From: Vicugna vicugna
Taxonomy: Eukaryota
Length of the DNA: 64,000 nucleotides
Assembly (NCBI GenBank): GCA_013265495.1
Contig: MU061579.1
Location: 4,302,327-4,366,326 of the forward strand
Direction of reading: 5' to 3'
Position numbers and translations under genes: made by a program. A model generated the notes under the pieces. That model made no database searches. It was not told the origin of the DNA and was given only the letters and a program-made list of their open reading frames with translations. This document shows positions 1-13,657 of the stretch, piece after piece. Position 1 is the first letter of the stretch, and the number at the start of each line of letters is the position of its first letter.

Positions 1-523
1 ACAACCTAAATGTCCATTGACAGATGACTGGATAAAGAAGTTTGGGTATATTTATACAATGGAATACTACTCAGCCATAAAAATGAATAAAGTAATGCCA
101 TTTGCAGCAACATGGATGGACCTGTAGAATGTGAAGTGAAGTAAGCCAGAAAGAGAAAGAAAAATGCCATGTGATGTCGCTCATATGTGGAACCTTAAAA
201 AAAAAAAAGACACACATGAACTTATTTAGAAAACAGAAACAGATTCACAGACATAGAAAACAAACTTATGGTTACCAGAGGGGGAAGAGGGTGGGAAAGG
301 ATAAATTGGGAGTTTGAGATTTGCAGATGCTAACTACTATATGTAAAATAGATAAACAATAACTTTAAACTGTATATCACAGGGAACTATATTCAATATC
401 TTACAGTAACTTGTGAAAAAGAATGTGAAAATGAATATATGTATATATATGTATGACTGAACTAGTAGGCTGTACACTAGCAATTGACACAACATTGTAA
501 ACTGACTATACTTCAAATAAAAA
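1..523 (+). mobile_element. Lineage-specific (camelid-type) LINE-1 3' end: ORF2 C-terminus plus 3' UTR, cut by the window start
   Basis: Begins acaacctaaatgtccattgacagatgactggataaagaag (QPKCPLTDDWIKK of L1 ORF2). G-rich tract at ~280-300; ends actatacttcaaataaaaa. Reverse complement is highly similar to 27968-28520. Confidence 0.95.
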
Positions 524-1289
524 TTGCAATTCATTTGTATATTTTACATAGAAATATATATTTTCACAATATATATATCCTAATAACCACTTGTATACAA
601 TTATCCATAAATAAATATGTGGTTAAGTACTGTATAAAATAGAGGCCATAAAAACTTTTAGGTTAAATGGTCAAGGTCTACCAACTATAAGAAGAGTTTG
701 AGGAGATACATTTTAATTTCTATTCCCAGTCTACTTTAGTGTTATGGGTCTGTGCTCATTCTTCAATATATTTGATGCCTATTGAGACATTCTGCAAGGG
801 AATAATATCCTTTCACAAAGCTAGAGTTTGAGCACAATCACACTAGTAGTAATTTTGGCCACAGACCCAAGGTATGAAAACTTGAAGTTGTCCTCAAAAG
901 CCTAAGATCTAAGACATGGGTCTCATCTAATGTCTACTAATTTTAGTGTTGACTTTTTATTTCTGCATCATAGTAGACACTGTGATGGAAGGTTAAAACT
1001 AGTTACAGGTTCTTAAGTCTTAATGAGAATCCCTAGTTGCTTAAAAGCCTCTGGCCAGGTAAATGTCTTAGCAGGAGATTTAGACTGAGAGCCACACAGC
1101 TGTCAAAAAATTCCTGTTTCATTTCCTTGTCCTCTTATATCAAGTAAGGCATTATTCATTTTGCCTTTTCTTATCACATTATCTCAGTAGGGAACTTCGG
1201 GAAGTGTATATCAGAGAGTCAGAAGCTTAGGCTTATCTCCTAATTATCTATGGAAAATTAAGTGTTGGCTTTTACATTCTGTCTCTAGT

Positions 1290-1652
1290 GTTAACTAAGC
1301 ATAGCCAAGGATAGGCTCCCACTGAAGGCATTACATGTTTAGAGACCGCTGAAAAGGCAGGGGTCCTTTAGCGATTATTTCGGATGACTACGGTGCTTAG
1401 GAATCCCAGAGGAATGGCTGAGAGAGCGAGCCCAGGGATGGCAGTGAAAGGTGGTATAAAGCTCCAGAGTCAGGGGCCACGTCCTGGGAAGATTCTTGCT
1501 CTGACAGTCTCTTCTGCAGCTGCTCTCACCTAAACCAGCTTCTTTACCTCCCTGTAGTCTTCCAGATGTTCTTTCAATAAATTCCTTTTTTTGCTGACCT
1601 TAATCAGTCAAGTATTCCTTTGGTTGGCGATTAAGAATCCTGATGAGTAGAG
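1290..1652 (+). mobile_element. Solo LTR, ERVL/MaLR class (subfamily not determined)
   Basis: TATAAA at 1455 and AATAAA at 1576, followed by ttccttttttgctgaccttaatc...taagaatcctgatgagtaga, which resembles ERVL/MaLR LTR 3' ends. The 5' boundary is uncertain. Confidence 0.6.
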
Positions 1653-4600
1653 TTCAACAGAAGAGAACCTATGGAAACCTCTTCATGAAATTCTCTAGAG
1701 TAAGTTTGTTGCAGCCCGAAATGGGATGGTGAAAAGAGGTGTTGCTCAGCAGAGAGTAAGCAAAGTGTCAAAAAATAAGAGGCATACATAATTAGGAAAA
1801 GGGCTACTTGTGACATCTGTGAATTCACAAGAAGACTTAGATTATTCGGTGCCTTCTGTGTGCCAATGAGAGTTCCTCCTGGAAACACTAATGACTTTGG
1901 TTAATATCCAATTTGAGATCTGTCTCTGTAACCCTGGGAACACACTAACTGATAAAGTGAGGATGATTCTAAAGCTGGCTCACCAACTTCATAGGGATTA
2001 GTATAGATAATAAATGCTCTAAACTGTAAAGATTTCTGCAGGCATATGACTTATTTTTTATTTTTGCTAATTTAGCATTTTTGGTTTTATTATATAAGAC
2101 GGAAGAAGGCAGGATGTCCACTCTGAAGAAGCCTGAGTACAGAGCTAACTCCTTAGACAGCCATGGTACATGGAAAATGAAATACGAAAAACAAACCTCA
2201 AAGTATAATGGGAACTCATAGGCACAGAAGATTCACAGTCAGACATCTGGTCTAGGTCTTAGAGAATGGCAGAACTTGGACCTTTTGAGTTTGGGAGTGA
2301 AGATTGTATGTGCTCTGCCTGTGGTTTCCTGTGTGTATGTGCTTTTAGTCAGCATGCAATTATCACATTTCTCCAGTGCAGTCTGGTAGGTCAGATACAC
2401 AGGACTCTAAAACCATTAATGGTTTATTTGCCATCTCTTTCCTTTGAAATTTTTCGGATAAAGTGATTCTGGATGATTGAAGTGTTACCAGATTTCAAGC
2501 CTGCTATAAAATACATGGTTCACTTAATATAAAATAATTCAAAATGATTAACAAATGCTTTGTTTTTATAATAAGCAAACGTAAGTTTTGCCCTATCCAT
2601 TGTGAAATAAATGTCTAAACATTAAGTGAAAAACCAAATAAGACATCAGTAGAAGGAAATGAGTTATGTTGTTCTTATAATAAGGGTCTTAAAGTCAATA
2701 GCTTATTAAAATTCTCAGGAAGCTTGATTTAAAAATATATATATCAAAATTCTTTTTTTTTTTTAAGATTCGTTTGGTCTATTTATCAGTGCTTTGAGGT
2801 CCTTGTTCTGCAGCGACATCTTATGGAGCTGGTTAGTGTGCACAACCATTTAATAACGTCTGGCAGCAGTGATCATTGTTCTAACAGATTTGATGCAAAT
2901 GGGATCCCTGCTTGTGCTTTGAATGTGGAAGTAATTAAACTGATGCTATGAGGACTTTTTTTTTCCTTCTCTGTTGTTGCTTATCTAAATTTCCTTATCA
3001 TGACAACTGTATGACTTTTAAAGCACCCTAAAATATGTATTGAGATCTGAAATTCTCACTGCATATTTCCAAGGCAGGATAGAAAGGGAGAAAGAAGCTG
3101 CTGAATAGTAGAAGGAGTCAACAGTGTACTGTCACCAGTACAGCTGGTGTTTGTTGGCAAGAGTTTTCACTTAAAAATTTTCAGCAGTGCAAATGCCTTT
3201 ATTATTATTGGCACTTTTTACTGACTGTGATCACCGGGGTGGGGGAAAGAAAAGAGAAAAGGGAATTGAAGGATTTGAAACTCAGAGAAATAAACTGTGA
3301 AATTCCCTTCAGTACATAAATTTAGCCATTTCTTCTTCTAAATGTGTTCTTTTGACAGAATAACACACAATATTAAACTATAGAAGAGGAAAATTGATTC
3401 TGGTTTCATATTTTTATGATTGGATTTACATTCTCAAAAAGAGACCTAGATTTGTAATCCAGGTTATAACATCTTTACACAGTCTGCTAGAGGAAAAATA
3501 ATTAATCAATGACTTCTAAATCATCTCTGAATTAATCACCTTTTACATTTTGTTTCATATTTACTATCAGGTATGCTACGAAAATTCACTTAAAAGTCAG
3601 AAGCCTTGCACATAGTAAAATTTTATGCAATGTTGTTTAATATGTTAAAAAAAAAACTCAAGGATCAATATAGGAGTAAAATCCCACAGAGAAATTTCCA
3701 TTTGGCTACAGAAATTAAGTCCATAATGAAGAGGGAAAATTATCAAATATGTGACACTGAAAATTCTATTAAATCTTAATCAGTGAATGATCACTAATTG
3801 TATCAACCACCGCATTCTACCTGAACAAGAGGAGGAAATTGCATTATGTACTTTAAAGTGCATGGTAGCTCTTCTATGCCATTATGATCTCTGGCAAGTA
3901 AAGATCATGGTGAATCTCTGTCTAGTAGCTTGTGATCTTGCTCACATATGAAAATTCCCAGTGTGCCTGGTTAATTATGATTGCACCTTAAGGACCCTGG
4001 ACTGTTTTATGTGTACTGCAAACACCCTTTGAAAATAATTGGATTGTCAAGGACCATGTATCAGTGAGAAGATAAATCTAAGATTCTATCCTCCAGAGAT
4101 CCTCTAGAGAATACAACTTGCATGCCTTTATTTTCTGGGCCTATCAATTAGAGGAAAAGCTGACCCTGTGACTTAAAATTGTGTGCTGCATCCTGAGAGA
4201 CACAGAAAATGCACTCTTTTAGGTAATGAGTTGTGCCTCACACACAGCTGTGCCCAATCAGGTTTATTGCTTTTAAGTGATTATTGGAAGAATTGCTGGA
4301 AATAGAAAAGTTAAAAGTTGGATTGTGTTTGTTGGTGTTGGGGAATATGATGGCTTTGATTTAAGTTATGCAATCTTGAGGGAGCAGTTACTCAACTGAA
4401 TGGACAAATGTGGAAAGCAGTTAGCAACGTGGAACTGAATTTAAGGTGTATGTGTGCCATTAGTTGTATAGATTTGAGAAAACTCCAAAGAGGAGTGTCG
4501 GGTAAAGTGTACTGTGGTTAATTCTTGAAGGATACAATATAGAAAGAGATGACTACAGCACCCAGACCCCAAATAGTGGACTATGAGAGACATGGAGTAT

Positions 4601-5789
4601 TTGCAGTTATCTATCTCCTTTGTACAATTACTGCACCACTAGTTAATTAGTTTGAAGATGATCTTTCTCACACTTGAATTGCATTCAATATTTTACAAGA
4701 AAAACTGTTTCCAACCGTGAAATGTGAGAGTAACTACTGGTAAGAATAGAAGTTCATAAATACTTATGGGCAAAGTGGTATCTCAGTATACAGAAAATCA
4801 AGCACCTGGGTGGTAACTGATACCAAGATGAGCATATGATACCAAAAGGACATATGTCTCCAATATGATATCAGTATAAGCATACAGACCTTAAAAGTCT
4901 ATAGATATTCACATGTGGAATTTTAAGATTAAAATGGTTAATTCCATTTTATATAATTACAGATAACTAGGAGAATTTGAATACCTAGCAATATAAGAAT
5001 CATAAGGAAAACAAGTTTACTTAAGAGGGCAGATAGGAAGTATGTAAAGGATATACGTGTCATTGCTTGAACAAAGACAAGGCTCTACCATTAGCTTCTT
5101 TCTGAGGGTATAGGTATAGGACATTTAGCTTTATTTTTTTTTTTTTTGAGAAGTACTATACGATTGAATCAAGTGGAGGAAAATGACATCTTTTTCTATG
5201 CCAAAAAAACAAAAAAACAAAACAAATAGGAAGGCAACGGGAAGCAACACAGATAAACTGATGGGTTCCAACATTCTGTTTCTAATTGGCTAATTTCATA
5301 TTAGCAGTTTTACATCTTTTCTTCTGATGTGAATCATCATGGGGGAAGAAAACAAGGCAAATGATTTCCTGGCTGAGAAAAACATCTTTGCTTCATTACA
5401 TAATTTTAATTTGCTCTGGTTTCTATTCTGAACACTGAGAACTCAATAGCAAAAATGTTGCTTTTTAACACATAACTATGTGCATTTACATAACTATGTA
5501 CATTTAAAATGTTAAAAAGCTGACTTCCACCCCATCCCATTTGTCAGATCCTGCTTCCCCATGCCTTTCAAAGTTGAAGTCTGTGATGCCTGTCAGTGCA
5601 GATTCAGTCCTATCAATTATTGAGATAAGTCTTTTCCAGGGAACATAATGTATCAGTAAGCCATGGTCTCACCTCAGCAGAGCCTAGAGAAAGTCTTGCA
5701 GCCAGAGTCGTAGTATTTAATTATGTAGGACTAACTACGAGTACCTGTGAGGTGTCTGATACTAATATTAACACAAACTTTAATAAAAG

Positions 5790-7160
5790 CTGCCATTTAC
5801 TAAGTGTTGGCAATATGGAAACTCACAGAACATTTGCCTACTGACAATGCTGGGAGAACAAAATTTGAAGTACTAAGCCAGTTATGGAGAAAAGTCCCCA
5901 GTAACAACTTAAATTTTAAATCAGTCTCAGGAGGCTTAGATCCTGGGAATAAGGGAGAACGGGAAACAGATCAGTCCTCACAGGCACCAACCCTCCAATT
6001 CCAATTACTTAATTCTTTATTTGATTAAAATGATTATTGCCCTTAGGCAAGCAGGCTGGCAAAAGTAAATTTAATTAAACTTCTAAAGACGATAACATCA
6101 TAGAAAACCTCAAATTATCTCCACAATTTTACATTTTCAATGACGGTCACCCAGCAGAAAAACTAACCAGGTGTTAATGTGAGACAAAATCATGTGACCA
6201 CAAACAAAGAAAAACCATGGATAACAGAAAGGGTCCCACAGGGATCCCAATAATGGCAATGAGTCATGAACTGTTAATCAGCTAGGCTAGGGACTTAAAT
6301 ATTAAGAGGCAAGAATTAAAACTTTGATGGAGAACTGAAGTCAGTAAAAAGAAAAAAAAAACAAATGGAAATTCTGTGGTACAAAGTAATATATAAAAAC
6401 TTGAAATAAGAGCTCAAAGAATGGTACAACTGCTAATGACACACAAGTTGAGAGAATTAGTGAATTGGTCTGTAGGTCAGAAGAAAATACTCAAATTGAA
6501 TAATGGCGAAAATACTGAAATAGTGTAATATACAGTAAAGAAATTCTCATACTTAAGAGGAAAAGAAGTACGACCCTCAAAGCTATTTATTGAATATTTT
6601 ACTGAACTTTACAGCTAATGAAATAAGACCCCCAAAAAAATGAGATTGAGGAAGAAGTCATAAAACTGTCATTTTCACAAATTGCATAAGAATGTTTGTA
6701 GAAAATACAAAAGAATCTGTAAGTAAGGTATTAGAATTAATACATATATTATAGAAGATATTGAATACAAGACCAATTAAATAAAGCAATAAATTAAAAT
6801 GGAACTTAAAGTAGCTACCTTCACAATGTCATAAAAACATGAAATATTTAGGCATAAATTTAACCATAATTATATAAAGCATTTACAAAGAAAAATTTTA
6901 AACAGTATTGAGATAATTGGTTAGAAACAAATAATTGGAAAAATCTAAGTTGTAGATTGGATGACTTTTTTTTTAGAATAAATTTTCACAAACTGCTCTG
7001 TGGATTCAATGCAACTGTAAAATTTCCAGCAGTTTTAAAATAGAACTCAATATTGATTCAAATTTTATCTAAAAATACAAAGCATAATTGTGCCAGGATA
7101 AAATGAAAGAATAAAGTATGAAGAATTAATCTGCTAGATCACAAGTCTTCATAAGTATAC
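5790..7160 (+). mobile_element. Ancient L1M remnants (5'/ORF1-like and ORF2 fragments)
   Basis: A-rich plus strand with degenerate L1 ORF2 motifs (gtagaaaatacaaaagaatct, aaatatttaggcataaatttaacc, gattcaatgcaac...aatttccagcagtttt). Confidence 0.75.
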
Positions 7161-7169
7161 ACCTTAGAG

Positions 7170-7387
7170 CAGATTTCCCAACCATGTCATGGGTGACATT
7201 TTGGGTAAAATGATTTGTTTTGGCGGTCTGTCTTGTGTCTAGAGAATGTCTTTTCACATCCTTATCTTCTATCCACTGTACACCAGTAATAACTACCATC
7301 TCTGGTTATCATACACATAAATGTTACCAGACGTTGCAGATGTCCCCGGGCAGGGGAACAAGGGTCACCCTTGGTTAAGAACCACTA
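7170..7387 (-). mobile_element. MER20 (hAT-Charlie) non-autonomous DNA transposon inserted into old L1
   Basis: Reverse complement reads tagtggttcttaaccaagggtgaccc...ggggacatctgcaacgtctggtaacattt...cccaaaatgtcacc...ggttgggaaatctg, matching MER20. About 218 bp; degenerate 8-bp flanks ccttagag / ccctaaaa. Confidence 0.85.
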
Positions 7388-7399
7388 CCCTAAAAACCA

Positions 7400-8500
7400 C
7401 ATGTGTTTATGCAACAAAAGCCATTCACAAGAATGTTGACAATATTCTTGTTTATAGTCAATGTTGATGTTAGCCAAAAATATAAATAATCCGAAAATCC
7501 ATAAACATTGGAAGAGTTAAAAATTTAAGTATAACTGGACTCCATAAAATCCTGATACTGAGCTAATTACAATTATACATAAATGTAAAAATATATCACA
7601 CAAACATAATATTTAGCAAAAGTAACCAGATGAAAAGAATATCTGCTCTATGATTTATATAAATTTCAAACACAGGCAAAGCTAGTTTATCGTCTTAGAA
7701 GTCAGGGTAGTGGTTATCTCTGTAGAAGAAGGAAGGGAGGTTAGAGATTACAGAAAAGCATTCTTGTGTTCAGGATCCGCTGTATTTTTTAATATCTTGA
7801 TTTGTATTGTATTAATACATCAAACTTCATAATTATTATGTGAAGTCTTCTGTATGTATATATGAATTTGATACAATTTTAAACATTTCCAAACCTATCA
7901 AAAATGAGAAAATAAAAGAAAAAGCATGGAATAGGTGGGACAAATAGAAAATTCAAAGAAAAAATTATAGATAGATATAAACATAACTATAGCAGTACTT
8001 GCATTAAATGTACCTGAACTAAAGTCATCAGCTAAAACCAAGTTTGTTATGCTTAAGTAGGAAAATATGTGGCTTATGCAACTGACACATCTAAAATAGC
8101 TAAGACAAAATATGTATGTTAAAGTGAAAAAACAAAAAATAAGTCAAAAGTATTAGAAGAACCTAGGGCAGATTAGGTCTTAAGACAGCATTATTAGAGT
8201 GATACATACTACAAAATTATAACATTCAGTTTATGAGAAAAATATAAACATTCTAATAAATTTGGATTACATAAGGCAAAGCTTGAGAAATCTACCAGGA
8301 GAAATAGATGAATCTACAACAATTCTGAGTAGTTGAATGATAAAGATCAGTAAAAACAGGATATAAACAACACAAGTGATGACTATCAAGAACTAGATAT
8401 GTAGAGAGAAAACTGCCTCCATAACCTGCATGGTATATATTCATTTCAAGCATACATGGTACCTTTACAGAAATAACCCTCATGGTCTGATTTAGTGAAG
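7400..8500 (+). mobile_element. Ancient L1M 3' UTR (to ~7900) followed by an L1 ORF2 endonuclease-region fragment
   Basis: cacaaacataatatttagcaaaagtaaccagatgaaaagaata...acaggcaaagctagtttat...agaagtcagggtagtggttatctctg (L1ME/MD-type 3' end); tatattcatttcaagcatacatggtacctttacagaaataacc (ORF2 EN region). Confidence 0.75.
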
Positions 8501-8969
8501 AACTGGGAGCTGTGACAGATGACCACATAGGGTAAATTTTTTAAAAATCCTTTTTACAAGTTGTTGTATAGATGCAATCTATATTTGTATGTAAAATTTC
8601 TAGTTTGTAGGACATAATAGGTATTCAAAGATTGTTGCTTTCTTTTAATACTGCATTTGTATTTGCCTATATTTGTATATCTCACTGTGTTAGTAATGAA
8701 GTCATGAATCTTGATGTGGAATCAGCAAAATGTTTGAACTATTCAACTTGAACTTCTAATGATTATATTATGATTTTTATAGTTGAAGTAGGTTTTTCTC
8801 TTTTGGCCCTCAAAAGTAGATTTTGTACGTCTTATCTCATAATTACCATGTCCTTTTTGTTCTATGGTCATGATCTTTTCATGATGAAAATTATGTTTGT
8901 CAAATCTACATCTTTGTTCTATTATCACAACTTATTTCTATTTCCTTCATCATAATCAAAATAATACAG

Positions 8970-9125
8970 GTCACAGATTCAGAATGCACAGGTTTGCATC
9001 CTGGTTCTACCAATAGCTAACTCTGTTCTCTCATCATGAAAATACTCTATTGTTACAAGGATTAGAAGAGATCACATCTATTAAACTATGTCTTGTTCAT
9101 TGTAAAGACATACAAAAGTAAGCTT
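8970..9125 (+). mobile_element. MIR SINE remnant
   Basis: ggtttgcatcctggttctaccaatagctaactctgt...gttacaaggattagaagagatc resembles MIR. Confidence 0.55.
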
Positions 9126-10714
9126 ACTAACTTTCCATATCAGGGTCTGTATCTTCCCGTAGGAATATGCCTGCCAAAAGCACACTCCACTTCTGTTATT
9201 CTGACTGGATTTGTTTGTGGGGAATAAAGAAATGACATGGTGTCGAATTACTCAAAATATCAGCCCTCTTGAGTTTGTATCATTATTACTATTTTTTGTA
9301 TCCTTATTATTCTTTTCAGGTATTGAAATTAAAATTATGAGGGGTTTAATGGGTTGCCAAATGTCTGAAGATACCATTTTTTTCCATATAATTATATTTA
9401 TAACATAAATGTAAGAATTAAGTGTCTTAGGACAAATACCAGAATGGTAACTAGAATGAAAATCACATCTTTGAATTTAAATTATTTGATGTCTATTCAC
9501 AAATAATGTAGATATAGACATTTATCATAGATTAAGATAAAAACAACTAAAATGTATAGTTGCATCACTGAACACTCTGCCTGTTTTCAGTCATGGCTAT
9601 ATTCTTGCAGTGCTTTCTTCTTGGTCAGAAAGATAAATTATGAAGACTCTCCTTATATGTAAAATTTGTCTGTAGTTTGTAAGAATACTGGCCAATAGGA
9701 TGAAATACAATTCTGAGTTATGAAATTTCACAATGAATTTCTCCAATGAAAACTACCCAGTTCTTTTTAATCTTAAATAAAACCTTAAATATATAACCCA
9801 TTCTTTCAAAAATGTATGCTCAAATCTTAAAGAACATTAAGGAAATAAGCTAAAAGTCCTTTTCCTTGAAATAAAATAAACTATTTTAAATAAATGACTC
9901 ACTGACTAGTTTCCCAGTTTGTTTCTAAAGCTCACAAGGCTCACTTTGACCAGTGTTGGAGTACATGGCTAACAATTGGCAAAATTTATTATTTTATGTT
10001 AATATGCCTATGCCCAGCTCTGTTCCTCTCTTTTTTCCTATCAGTTTGTAGAGGGAGAAAGAGAAAAACGACTCAAAAAATTTTCACCCAGTGTTTTATA
10101 TTTTCTGGGAACTAGACAGGGAGCCTCTGTGGCCTCAGGGATAGCTTAAATAAGGCAATAACCACTGAAGGCAGAAGCTTGGGAACTTTTATGGCTACGT
10201 GACCTGCCCCATGTGGTATGAATCAGACAAAATCCCAGGTAAAAGTAGAAACTTTCACAAAGATTTTACTAGCCAAATTTCACTGAGTTCGCTGAAGGTG
10301 AAGAGACCAGAATGTGGAAGAACATGAAAAATCACCTCTTCATCATTTTTTTGGTCTTTGATCCTGGTGCCTCGCCCTCCTATTTTACATTGGAATTTTA
10401 TATTCTTTATCATCTGGATTTACAGAAATCAGGACACTTGGATCCCTTCCTTGTATCCAGCCTCCAGCAGAAATATTGAGGATAAACTACTACAAGTGAC
10501 AAGTCCAACAAGAAAATATGAAAAGCTAGATTGGGTCACTAGGAAAGACAGTGCTGAAGGCAGCACTAACCTTGTACATTACAGAATGAGAGGGAGCTGA
10601 GCTACTGTTTAATTTTGGAATATCTATAGTTGGAGTCTAGATGTGTATCTGATGAACCAAAAATACTCTCTATTACACAAAGGCCATAAAATTACAATAA
10701 AAATAACAACTTGT

Positions 10715-10850
10715 GAGCATGGTATAATAGAAAAAACACTGAGATTAAATGGGAGACAGGAGCTCTGCTATCAACCTAACCTTAAACAGGCTGTACGACC
10801 TGGGAAAGTCACTTAATCTTTATGAACTGTAACTATCCCATAAAATGAAG
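10715..10850 (+). mobile_element. MIR SINE remnant
   Basis: gcatggtataatagaaaaaacactg...ctgtacgacctgggaaagtcacttaatctttatgaac (MIR head and core). Confidence 0.65.
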
Positions 10851-11964
10851 TCAGGGTAAGGATTGGGCAAATTCCTGGGATCTAAAGGTCAAAACACTTA
10901 CCACCTTCTACTTCCCTTCACAAGTTGGCACTCCACGTTACACTGTCTCTTTTCCATCACTTCACTGGAGAATTCTCCGAGTTTTGCCACTTTGTTCATT
11001 TCTTCCTCATCCCTTACAATGTGAATTATTACACTCCACTGAAACTGGATTCTTGATAGTGTTCCCTGAAACTTTCCCCAGGATCCTCAGATTAATCTGA
11101 GCTTCAGAGGCATTTTTTAAATTCAATGATTACTTTTGTTACATCCTATCGTTCATTTTACACATGTTCACTATTATATTGTAGGCAGCTTTGACCACAG
11201 CTTTGATTACTTACCTTTTTCACTCCCACATCTCTTAGAAATGTGGCTGGCATGTAGAAGTGGATTAATGATAATTTGTTGAATTGTTACTGTTGGATTC
11301 TATGCATCTTACTCTTTGAACAATTCAGCTTGAGTGGTGCATGCAGAGCCCTAATAATAATAAAAACGTTCTTTTGTTTATATAATAAACATGTTCTTTA
11401 CATGTTCTATGGCTTATTCAAATTTCCTAGCATTCTGTTTACTTGGAAGAAATGTAAAGGGGTCATTATATCAGAGATCACAAACTCTATGGTATTATGG
11501 AACTCCATAATGTAGCTTTTAGTAAAGACTCAACTATTCTATTTAATATATAAAAAAAGAAGTATCAATATTAGCATATTAAAAAATCACCAAAATAGAA
11601 AAAGATAGCGTAGATTTTTAAAGCACTTGCATGGTCAGAAAGGTATGTCAGTTAACTATCAGAAATGAATAGAAGTTTCTAATTATAAAAGTGATGGATG
11701 TTTGGCTAATGTAATCTCTCCCAAGTTTCACTCAAAACACCCATATATACCTTTAAGAAGACAAAAGGATGAGAGTTAGGACATGTACATTATATTTACA
11801 TCAAGCAAAAGAGTGATGGGATGAAATTTGAAAATATATTATGTTGTGTGCACATGCTGACCCCTGAGGTAACACGGACAGCCACGACCAAATGAAAAGG
11901 GCTTTTGACTCCTGGTTTTCTCATTTGGCTGTGTATTCATTGTCAACACAAAGGAGTTAGCCAG

Positions 11965-12421
11965 ATTTGACTGGTTGGCCCCCCTGAGAAGCAGATGCCA
12001 AGAAGAAAGTACTTTTCCAAATTATTTCTTAGGGAAAACGCCGATGAAAGCGAAGGGGGCAGAGAGCAGGTGTAGACAGGCAGAGCCTTCCAGATCAGGC
12101 CTGACACCGGTGAAAGGAAAACGGGAAGCAAGAGGGGTCGTGTGGGGAACAGCCTCAGACTGCAGTGCAGCTCTAAGAGAACCTCGCCCAGGCTGATGGA
12201 AGCGCGGAGCCCAGATTGCTCATTAGAGGAGCCCCATATTTGGCAGGAGTGTTCCCACGCTAGTGCCCCGTGGTGCTCAGTCATTGGCTGGAAGCTGCCT
12301 GGGTGTGGCCTGGGCATGAACGCTCTGGCAGATCTAAAGGTACAGAATCTGGAGACTTTTTGAAGGGAGCAGCAGTTTCTCTCTAAGGCCTTCTGAGTGC
12401 TGCACGTCCATGACTGCCACA
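11965..12421 (-). mobile_element. Solo ERVL LTR, LTR16-like
   Basis: GC-rich island in AT-rich DNA. Reverse complement starts tgtggcagtcatggacgtgcagcactcagaagg, contains cagcttccagccaatgactgagc and ends gcatctgcttctcagg, as in LTR16 family members. Explains the overlapping spurious ORFs at 11943-12363. Confidence 0.75.
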
Positions 12422-12999
12422 GCAGAAAATCACAAACCTAATATGTGACAAACAGGTTCTGATCTGCTCAGAATTACGTCATCTCTGTACACATCAGTTT
12501 TTCTCTCTACGTGAATTCATAAAAGAAAATAACTCTTGGGATGTGATGCAAATGGATCGTAGATGGAAATGGCTATTGGTGCATTGCAGTCTGGCTGTGT
12601 GATCAACAGAGAAATTGCAGTATAGGCCGGAATTATGCAGAACATTCCTGCACGATCTTCTTGTCATGTGATTGAATCCAGAAAGCACTGTATCTGCCAG
12701 AGAATAACTAAACAGCTTACAAATCCTTAGCAAAGCCATAGAGTATTTTCACTTCTAAAGGGAGACAATCATAACTCAGAGTCAAGAAGAGCCCAAGTAG
12801 AAGAAAGACTTCAGCTTACACAGAGCACTTAGAATAAAACGCAAGCTCTTTACCTTGGTTTCACTTTTGCCTGAACTTCTAAGGCCATTACATTTCATTT
12901 TCTCTCTCACAACAAACAGTTTAAAACCACTCTGTTTTGGTTTTGCTTTTAGTTTCTCAAAAAATGGAAGCTTTTTTCTACACGAGAGACTTTACACAA

Positions 13000-13295
13000 G
13001 TGTCTCCTGTCTAGAATATCCTACCAAGGCTAGAAATTTCTCTATGGCTGGCTCCTTCAGGTCAGGTGGATCTGAGGCCTACCTTTAAACACCTTCTGTA
13101 AGGAGATCCCCCACCCTCCTTGTCTTCATCACAGTAACATGTGACATCCTGATGATTTGTATTATATAGTTACACATATACATATTCTTTTTATACAGGA
13201 CTTTAAAATCCATTAGGGCAGTAACAATATGGTTTTGTACACCTATTATGCCAAGTCATAGCAGAGCAATACATATTTGTTGAGGAATTATTTAA
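13000..13295 (+). mobile_element. L2 3' end remnant
   Basis: tctcctgtctagaatatcc...ccattagggcagtaac...caatacatatttgttgaggaatt (L2 tail). Confidence 0.55.
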
Positions 13296-13319
13296 TGGAC
13301 TAACAAATGGCTGTATATA

Positions 13320-13555
13320 TCAACGTCTTTGATATGCATCACAAAATTCACAGCACTACCCTCCAGAAAGGTCATAAAATTTTATATTCCTAGCATCAGT
13401 TTATGAGAGCACATGTTTTCCTTTTCTTCCATGACAAAGGATTTTATGACTTAAAAAAAGAGCTGTTCAAATAAATAAGAACAGCATTCACAGTTTTTTT
13501 TAATTTATGTTTTCTTAAATTCATCTCATGTGGTAAAATTTGTATTTCTTCTATT
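13320..13555 (-). mobile_element. Ancient L1M fragment
   Basis: accctccagaaaggtcataaaattttatattcctagcatcagtttatgagagc is typical antisense L1M ORF2 3' sequence. Confidence 0.6.
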
Positions 13556-13596
13556 GAAAACTATCTTTTCCTTTTTTCCTGATTTTTTAAAATATA

Positions 13597-13657
13597 TCCA
13601 TATATATCCATATATATATATAATGTGTGTGTGTATGTGTATATATATATATATATC
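13597..13657. repeat. Compound (TA)n/(TG)n microsatellite
   Basis: Directly visible dinucleotide runs. Confidence 0.9.

Noticed and set aside
5470..5505. 18-bp tandem duplication (similar 14-bp one at 20528-20555)
   Set aside because: Ordinary slippage duplications with no further structure.
11943..12363. Three overlapping GC-rich ORFs suggesting an exon or CpG island
   Set aside because: Explained by the LTR16-like solo LTR.
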